DNA from: Gemmatimonadales bacterium
GTDB taxonomy: Bacteria > Gemmatimonadota > Gemmatimonadetes > Gemmatimonadales > GWC2-71-9
Length of the DNA: 64,000 bases
Direction of reading: 5' to 3'
Assembly (NCBI GenBank): GCA_041615815.1
Contig: JBFJCP010000015.1
Location: 32,001-96,000 of the forward strand
Part shown: positions 58,137 to 64,000 of the stretch, piece after piece
Numbering within the stretch: the first letter of the stretch is position 1
Layout: each line of letters begins with the position of its first letter
Notes under the pieces: generated by a model
What the model was told of the DNA's origin: nothing
What the model saw: only the letters and a program-made list of their open reading frames with translations
Database searches by the model: none
Position numbers and translations under genes: made by a program

Positions 58137-60288
58137 CGTCGGACCAGGCTCCGCGCATAGCCGGCAGGTAGAGATCGCCGGCGTACTCGGCGACCATCCG
58201 CCGCGCGGTGAAGCGACCGGCGTCCCGCATCGCGTGTTTCATACGCACCACCCATTCCCGGGGAACGTTCCGGACGTCACGCTCATAGTACAGCGGTACC
58301 ACCTCGTGTTCGAGCAAGTCGTAGAGCTGCGCGGCATCAGCCTCGTCCGGATCCGCCTCGTCGGCCGGCTCGATCACCCAACCGTTCAGTCCCGTGTAGC
58401 CCTCGGCCCACCACCCATCGCGAGTGCTCAGCTGCGGAATCCCGTTGAGCGCGGCCTTCATGCCGCTGGTGCCGGAGGCCTCCATGGGGGGACGGGGGAT
58501 GTTGAGCCAGAGGTCCACTCCCTGCACCAGGCGGTGGGCCATATGCAGCTCATAGTCCTCCAGGAACGCGATGCGGCCCTCGAAGCGGCGATCCCGAGTA
58601 AAGGAATAGACCTGCTGCAGAATCTGCTTCCCCCCTTCATCCGCCGGATGTGCCTTCCCGGCAAACACCAGTTGAACGGGGCGGCGGGGATTGATCAACA
58701 AGGTGCGCAGCCGTTCGGGATCTCGGAAGATCAGATTCGCCCGTTTGTATTGCGCGAAGCGTCGTGCGAATCCAATGGTCATGGTCCCGGCATCGAGCAG
58801 GGTACCGGCGCCCACCAGATGCGCGGACTCCTCCCACCGGTCGCGCCACCGAACCCGGGCCTCCTCATGAATGTATCGAAGGAGCAGATCCTTCATTCGA
58901 ACGTGGACCGCCCAGAGCTCTTCGTCGTCCAAGGACAGCACACGGTCCCACAGCTCGTAGATCTCCGCCCGCTCTTCCCAATCCGGCCCGAGATGGGAAT
59001 CGAGCAGCACTCGTAAGCGGTGGGACATCCACGTGCCAAGGTGCACACCGTTGGTGATGTGCACGATCGGGACGTCCGCCGCCTCGCGGCCTGGCCAGAG
59101 ACAACGCCACATGTTCCGCGTGACGTCTCCATGCGCTTTGGAGACACCCGTGACCCTGGCCGAGAGACGGATGGCCGCGGCCGTCATGTGAAAGGCATGA
59201 TGATCATGTTGCGGGTGGCGCCCCAACCGTCCCGCCCCATCCCGCTCCTCGCCAAAGCTCTCCAGATACTCGGACATCACCCCGGCAAACAGCTCAGGCG
59301 GAAAGATGTCGTGACCGGCGGCAACCGGGGTATGGGTGGTGAACAGGCTCGAGGTCCGCACCCGGCCGACGGCCTCGTTCCACGAAACACCCTCGACGAG
59401 ATGCTCGCGCACCCGTTCGAGCATCATGAACGTGGCGTGTCCCTCATTGGCATGCCACACGGCCGGGGCGATGCCCAGGGCTCGCAGCACCCGGACACCC
59501 CCAATGCCCAGCACGGCCTCCTGTCGAAGTCGCAGCTCGGCTCCACCCGGGTAGAGCTTGTGCGACAGCTCTCGGTCATCGGGGTGATTGGCGTCGAAGT
59601 CGGTATCCAGGAGATACACCTGCGCCCGGCCCACCAACATACGGTACGCACCCACGTGGACCGTCCGGCCCGAGATGGGGAGGCTTGCGAGGGCAACGGC
59701 GCCGTCGGGACCCAACACCCGCGCCAGCGGTGTGCGGGAGAGATCGAAGGTCTCTGAAACGTCTTCTTGCCATCCATCGAGGCGGATGCGCTGGTCGAAG
59801 TAACCTCGGGTGTAAAGCAAACCCACGCCCACCAGGGGGACGCCCAAGTCGGATGCTCCCTTGCAGTGATCGCCCGCGAGCACGCCGAGCCCGCCGGAGT
59901 AGGTCGGGACGGAGTTGTGGAGCGCAAACTCCGCGCAGAAGTATGCCACCGGTCCACCTGGCAGGGGGACACCGGCCAGCTCGGCGAACCAGGTATTGGA
60001 CGCGTCGGTGCCACGTCGGTACGCCGCCATCACCCGCTCGTACATTTCCAGGATTTCGGGGTCGCGGGCACAGGCGTCGAGGCGAGTGGGGTCGACTCGT
60101 GCAAGGAACTCGATGGGATTATGACGCGTGGCGCGCCACAACGGCTCGTCGATGACGCGGAAGAGAATGCGCGCCGCGCGATACCAGCTCCAGAAGAGGT
60201 TGCCGGCGAGCGTCGACAATCCCGTCAGCCGATCCGGGATCTGTGGCGCACGATTGGGCTGCGGCGTTACGCCGCCAGGGATGGACAT
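58117..60288 (-). CDS. glgP: Alpha-glucan (glycogen) phosphorylase
   Basis: YSGGLGVLAGD, NEGH, TNGVH, ARRFAQYKR, GKAHP, PLP site EASGTSGMKA. Confidence 0.96.
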   Translation of the reverse strand: MSIPGGVTPQPNRAPQIPDRLTGLSTLAGNLFWSWYRAARILFRVIDEPLWRATRHNPIEFLARVDPTRLDACARDPEILEMYERVMAAYRRGTDASNTWFAELAGVPLPGGPVAYFCAEFALHNSVPTYSGGLGVLAGDHCKGASDLGVPLVGVGLLYTRGYFDQRIRLDGWQEDVSETFDLSRTPLARVLGPDGAVALASLPISGRTVHVGAYRMLVGRAQVYLLDTDFDANHPDDRELSHKLYPGGAELRLRQEAVLGIGGVRVLRALGIAPAVWHANEGHATFMMLERVREHLVEGVSWNEAVGRVRTSSLFTTHTPVAAGHDIFPPELFAGVMSEYLESFGEERDGAGRLGRHPQHDHHAFHMTAAAIRLSARVTGVSKAHGDVTRNMWRCLWPGREAADVPIVHITNGVHLGTWMSHRLRVLLDSHLGPDWEERAEIYELWDRVLSLDDEELWAVHVRMKDLLLRYIHEEARVRWRDRWEESAHLVGAGTLLDAGTMTIGFARRFAQYKRANLIFRDPERLRTLLINPRRPVQLVFAGKAHPADEGGKQILQQVYSFTRDRRFEGRIAFLEDYELHMAHRLVQGVDLWLNIPRPPMEASGTSGMKAALNGIPQLSTRDGWWAEGYTGLNGWVIEPADEADPDEADAAQLYDLLEHEVVPLYYERDVRNVPREWVVRMKHAMRDAGRFTARRMVAEYAGDLYLPAMRGAWSDDDPPTG

Positions 60289-60324
60289 ACGGCGCAGTAA
60301 GTAAACGGCGCCGGTGTGTGGAAG

Positions 60325-61578
60325 CTAGTGGGTGGGGTCCTGGGCTTCCGCGCTCTCTTCTTTCCACCCCTCTTGCCGCGCCAATACCACCGCCACCGCC
60401 ATGTCCGCCGTCACATTGGTCGGGGTGATGAACATGTCCGGAATCAGATCGAGGGCGATCAGGATTCCAATGCCTTCCACAGGGAGATTCAACGCAATGT
60501 AGATCGGGGTCATGATGAACAGTCCGCCGCTCGGAATGCCCGGTGAGTAGAACGCAAGCAGCGCTACCGCGCCCGCAATCGCCGCGATCTCCCACGCCCC
60601 CAGGTCGATGCCGAACAGCTGGGCCACGAAGAACGTGCCGGTCATCCGCGCGATGGGAGATCCATACTTGAAGAGCGAGACCGCCACGGGGAGGACGATA
60701 CCGGACACTCGGCCCGGCAGCCGGAGGTCTCGTTCCGCGGAGTCGAGCATCGCCGGAAGCGACGCGAGCGACGAGCGAGTGCTGAACGCCACCGCCTGGG
60801 CGGGCGCACAGGCCCGGGCGAACCGCCTGAGGGAGATTCCTCCCAAGACCGTGGCCGCGGGGTACAGCGCGACCAAGGCTACCACCAGGAGGCCGCACAC
60901 GATCACGAGATAGAGCCCCATCGCACCGACGAGCTCGATCCCCGTCCGCGCCGCCAACGGGAGCACCAGGAAGAAGACACCCACCGGTGCGACGGCCAGG
61001 ATCCACTCGACGAGTACGAACGTCGCTTTGGCAATGGCCTGGAAGAAATCAATGAGCGACTGACGGTACCTCGTCTCTACCCGTGCGATCGCCAACGCAA
61101 AGATCGTGCTGAACACGATGAGCGGTAGCATGGCCCCATCAGCTGCGGCCTTCACCGGATTGGATGGGATGAGCCCCACGATCCAGTCTCGAACGGGCGG
61201 CAGCAGCTCGGCCTCACTGCCGGCCGTCGGCTCGCTCAGCGCGGTGATGGCACTCGTGTCGAACTCGACGAGGCTCAACAGCGGCGGTGCGACGACGGCG
61301 GCGACGAGTGCCCCGCTGGCGACGAAGCCGACGAACCATGCGAGCGCTCTTCCACCGATTTTTCCCACCCCACCCGCCGTGTTGGATGCGATACCGGTGA
61401 TCAGGAGCGACACGACGAGGGGGATCACCGTCATACGGATCGCATTCACCCAGAGCGCACCAATCGGCTCCACGGCGGCCGCGAGGACGAGGAGCGACGA
61501 GTTTTGACTCACCGAGACGCCCACACCCGCGGCCAGACCCGCGAGCAAGGCAAAGAGAACCCATGCGGTAAGCGACAC
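60325..61578 (-). CDS. Dicarboxylate/amino acid:cation symporter (DAACS), divergent
   Basis: IPLVVS, PSNP, FSTRSSLASLP, PGIPSG, DMFIT..NVTAD. Confidence 0.9.
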   Translation of the reverse strand: MSLTAWVLFALLAGLAAGVGVSVSQNSSLLVLAAAVEPIGALWVNAIRMTVIPLVVSLLITGIASNTAGGVGKIGGRALAWFVGFVASGALVAAVVAPPLLSLVEFDTSAITALSEPTAGSEAELLPPVRDWIVGLIPSNPVKAAADGAMLPLIVFSTIFALAIARVETRYRQSLIDFFQAIAKATFVLVEWILAVAPVGVFFLVLPLAARTGIELVGAMGLYLVIVCGLLVVALVALYPAATVLGGISLRRFARACAPAQAVAFSTRSSLASLPAMLDSAERDLRLPGRVSGIVLPVAVSLFKYGSPIARMTGTFFVAQLFGIDLGAWEIAAIAGAVALLAFYSPGIPSGGLFIMTPIYIALNLPVEGIGILIALDLIPDMFITPTNVTADMAVAVVLARQEGWKEESAEAQDPTH

Positions 61579-61590
61579 TCCAGTTTCCTG

Positions 61591-63252
61591 CTAGATCTCC
61601 CCGCGCCGCGCGAACCGCGCAATGTGCTCGCCTGCGCGGAACGCCAACGCTTGAATGGTCATTGTGGGCTGTCCACGCCCCGAAGTCACGAAGCTGCTGC
61701 CGTCACAGATGAAGAGATTGGGAACGTCGTGGGCGCGGTGGTATCGATCCACGACGGACGTTGCAGGATCGTGACCCATACGGCACGTGCCGAGCAAATG
61801 CCCGCCGAGCACCTGGGACACAACCGGCGTGCGCCAAATCCTCTTGGCGCCCGCAGCCTCGAGAATCTCCACGCCGCGCTCCTGCAAGAATGTCATCATC
61901 GCAATGTCATCGGGGTGATCCCGATACGTCGTGCGCAGCGCCGGGCGGCCCCACTTGTCTTTCACGTCTGGATCGAGCGAGATCGAATTGGTTTCGACCG
62001 GCAAGGATGTCGTATGTCCGTTCACGTCCATCGTGCGCGTGAAGTACTCTTTCAGCATCCGCTTGTATTCCCCACCCCACCGTGGGGCATCCGGCGGTAA
62101 CCCCTGGAGACCAAACAACACGGGGAACCATTGCCAGCGTGCATCGATACCGCCGCCACCGTAGAAGCCACGGGCGGGGTCAGAATTGTAGTAATCATGA
62201 ATGATCCGAGTGACCTGCACGCTCTTGAATTCGTTGAGCGGCTCCTCGAACAAGCCGTGGGCATAGGACAGTCCGTTGAACATCAGGTACTTGCCCACAT
62301 ACCCGCTGGAATTGGCGAGACCCTGCGGGAACCGGTTGGATTCGGACATGAGCAGTAACCGTGTGGTCTCGGCACCGTTGGCGGACAGCACCACGGCCTT
62401 CGCCCGCTGGGCATGCTCCGCGCCCGCCGCGTCCCAGTACCGCACCTCGCGCACTCGCCCATTGCGATCGATCTCGAGCCTGAACGCGGTGCTCTCCGCG
62501 CGGATCTCGCACCGGCCGGTGGCCTCGGCTTTCGGGATGACCGACACGAGGCTCGAGGACTTGGCCCCATACTCACACCCAAATGCGAGACAGAACCCGC
62601 AATGCTGACATGGCGGGCGGCCATCGTGCGGTTGAGAGAGAATGGCCATGGGAGCGGGTTGTGGATGGAGCCCCAGTGCCCGCGCTCCGCGTTCCAACAG
62701 GACACCGGACGACTTGACCGGTAGCGGTGGCACCGGATAGGGACGCGAGCGCGGCGGATCGAACGGGCCGGGTGCCCCGGAGACTCCCACTTCCCAATCC
62801 ACCTTCGTGTAATACGGCTCGAGCTCCTCGTAGGTGATGGGCCAATCCGCGAAACCCGTACCCCCAAGGGGCCCGAGCAGGCTCCGCTCCTTGAAATCCA
62901 CGGGATGAAATCGCCAGTAGTTGGCTGTGTAGTGCACGCTGCTGCCGCCGACGACCCGGGCGTACAACAGGAACGGAAGCCCGCTCGCAAGGCGTGTCTC
63001 CTCTCCGGGAGCGGTACGGAATGTCTGGGGAAAATCTTGCAGTGAGCCCATGAGGTCGAGCTTGAACAGCTCGCCCACCTCGTCATGCCGGAAGTCCGCA
63101 CTCTCGAGTCGCGGACCTTGCTCCAACACGACGACCCGAAACCCAGCCGTCGAGAGCTCTTTCGCGATGACGCCGCCGGCTGCCCCAGACCCCACCACGA
63201 CGAAATCGACCTCGTCCTGCGGACCAAAACGTACCGGACTCAGCCGCTTCAT
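61591..63252 (-). CDS. GMC family flavoprotein oxidoreductase (gluconate 2-dehydrogenase-like large subunit)
   Basis: VGSGAAGG, VGGSSVH, CQHCGFC...GC cluster, HLLGTCRMG, PTMTIQALA. Confidence 0.93.
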   Translation of the reverse strand: MKRLSPVRFGPQDEVDFVVVGSGAAGGVIAKELSTAGFRVVVLEQGPRLESADFRHDEVGELFKLDLMGSLQDFPQTFRTAPGEETRLASGLPFLLYARVVGGSSVHYTANYWRFHPVDFKERSLLGPLGGTGFADWPITYEELEPYYTKVDWEVGVSGAPGPFDPPRSRPYPVPPLPVKSSGVLLERGARALGLHPQPAPMAILSQPHDGRPPCQHCGFCLAFGCEYGAKSSSLVSVIPKAEATGRCEIRAESTAFRLEIDRNGRVREVRYWDAAGAEHAQRAKAVVLSANGAETTRLLLMSESNRFPQGLANSSGYVGKYLMFNGLSYAHGLFEEPLNEFKSVQVTRIIHDYYNSDPARGFYGGGGIDARWQWFPVLFGLQGLPPDAPRWGGEYKRMLKEYFTRTMDVNGHTTSLPVETNSISLDPDVKDKWGRPALRTTYRDHPDDIAMMTFLQERGVEILEAAGAKRIWRTPVVSQVLGGHLLGTCRMGHDPATSVVDRYHRAHDVPNLFICDGSSFVTSGRGQPTMTIQALAFRAGEHIARFARRGEI

Positions 63253-63830
63253 TGGTCACCACCCCGCGCGTCCCCGTTCGTGACCTGAGCATCGTAGACG
63301 CCAAACGGCGGCTGCCATACGTAGCGGTCTTCGAAACCGAGAAGTCCCCACCCGACCTTGGCGCGATTCCCTCCGTAGCTCGGGTTTGCAAACATGCCCA
63401 TGACGGTGAGTGTCCGGATCGTAGCGAAGAACGGGGTGGTCTCCATGTCGCGGAGCAGCTCCGTCTGCCGCTCGTACGGGAGCTCGACGAACGGCCCCCA
63501 CTCGGTGCGCAGTTCCTCCAGTCCTTGCCGTACGGGCTGCAACGCCTGAGCCGCGAATCCCTCCAGCGCCTTGTCGATGAAGAACACGACACCGGCTTCG
63601 GACGCTCCTGGTGTCTCATCCGTCGGAAAGATCTGCGCGGCAATGGCCTCGACGTCACGGGCTTCGGTTGGTGTCAGCACCGCAAACATCCAAGCCTCGC
63701 CCGAACGTGCCTCCTGCGCGTACACGGCGGCCGCACGGATAGCAGGAAGGTGGGCGGCGAGCCATGCGCCACCCAAGAGCGCACCGGAAGAATAAAGGAA
63801 CTCGCGGCGGGATCTGGCGGAGTCGGTCAT
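63249..63830 (-). CDS. Gluconate 2-dehydrogenase subunit 3 family protein (Tat-exported)
   Basis: SRREFL Tat motif, PGASEAGVVFFID, GMFANPSYGGN...GW; ATGA overlap with the GMC gene. Confidence 0.92.
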   Translation of the reverse strand: MTDSARSRREFLYSSGALLGGAWLAAHLPAIRAAAVYAQEARSGEAWMFAVLTPTEARDVEAIAAQIFPTDETPGASEAGVVFFIDKALEGFAAQALQPVRQGLEELRTEWGPFVELPYERQTELLRDMETTPFFATIRTLTVMGMFANPSYGGNRAKVGWGLLGFEDRYVWQPPFGVYDAQVTNGDARGGDQ

Positions 63831-64000
63831 GGCATCGAATCGTTGCTGAGAGTCTGCAAACCGAGGCGACGAGTCCTCGACAAGGGAAAACGAAAGGTGG
63901 CCAACGGGACGCGGGTTCGTCCAGTGCGGTGTTGCACAGAAAAACTCCCTCCGCCCTCTTCGGAGGACAACTCGGTCGCAGGTCGTGTTTCTCGATCGCC

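Noticed and set aside
22298..59016. Many long antisense ORFs (e.g. 22298-23668, 33797-35161, 44533-46134, 53334-54827, 56766-58097)
   Set aside because: Shadow ORFs expected opposite real genes in high-GC DNA; no motifs

Overview
A GC-rich, gene-dense bacterial chromosomal window with about 50 protein-coding genes. I found no rRNA, tRNA, CRISPR array, transposase or integrase. The gene repertoire (orphan duplicated ABC permeases, a VPS10/BNR hydrolase, a Ser/Thr kinase with a helical C-terminus, an Ig-repeat/M8 protease, many M20/M28/amidohydrolases) suggests a Gemmatimonadota-like organism; this is inference only. Main blocks in order: a Ca2+-type P-ATPase and Na/Ca antiporter pair; a cold-shock-type RNA/translation operon (DEAD helicase-csp-rpsU-infA) near a short Rho; a TonB receptor and VPS10 protein; two orphan permeases flanking a PolX-N-terminal-like HhH protein; a fatty acid desaturase divergent from a small-protein/HTH operon; an outer-membrane operon ending in an EEP phosphoesterase; a glycogen cluster using three GH57 enzymes; and a GMC dehydrogenase pair. 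The most notable observation is an unannotated 118-bp element present twice, 22 kb apart, upstream of the DEAD helicase and of the desaturase. Both copies have the same span and motif order, and partial echoes occur upstream of rho and csp. It is a candidate cis-regulatory leader defining a cold/membrane-fluidity regulon. Start codons were often revised from the ORF track using RBS and signal-peptide evidence.
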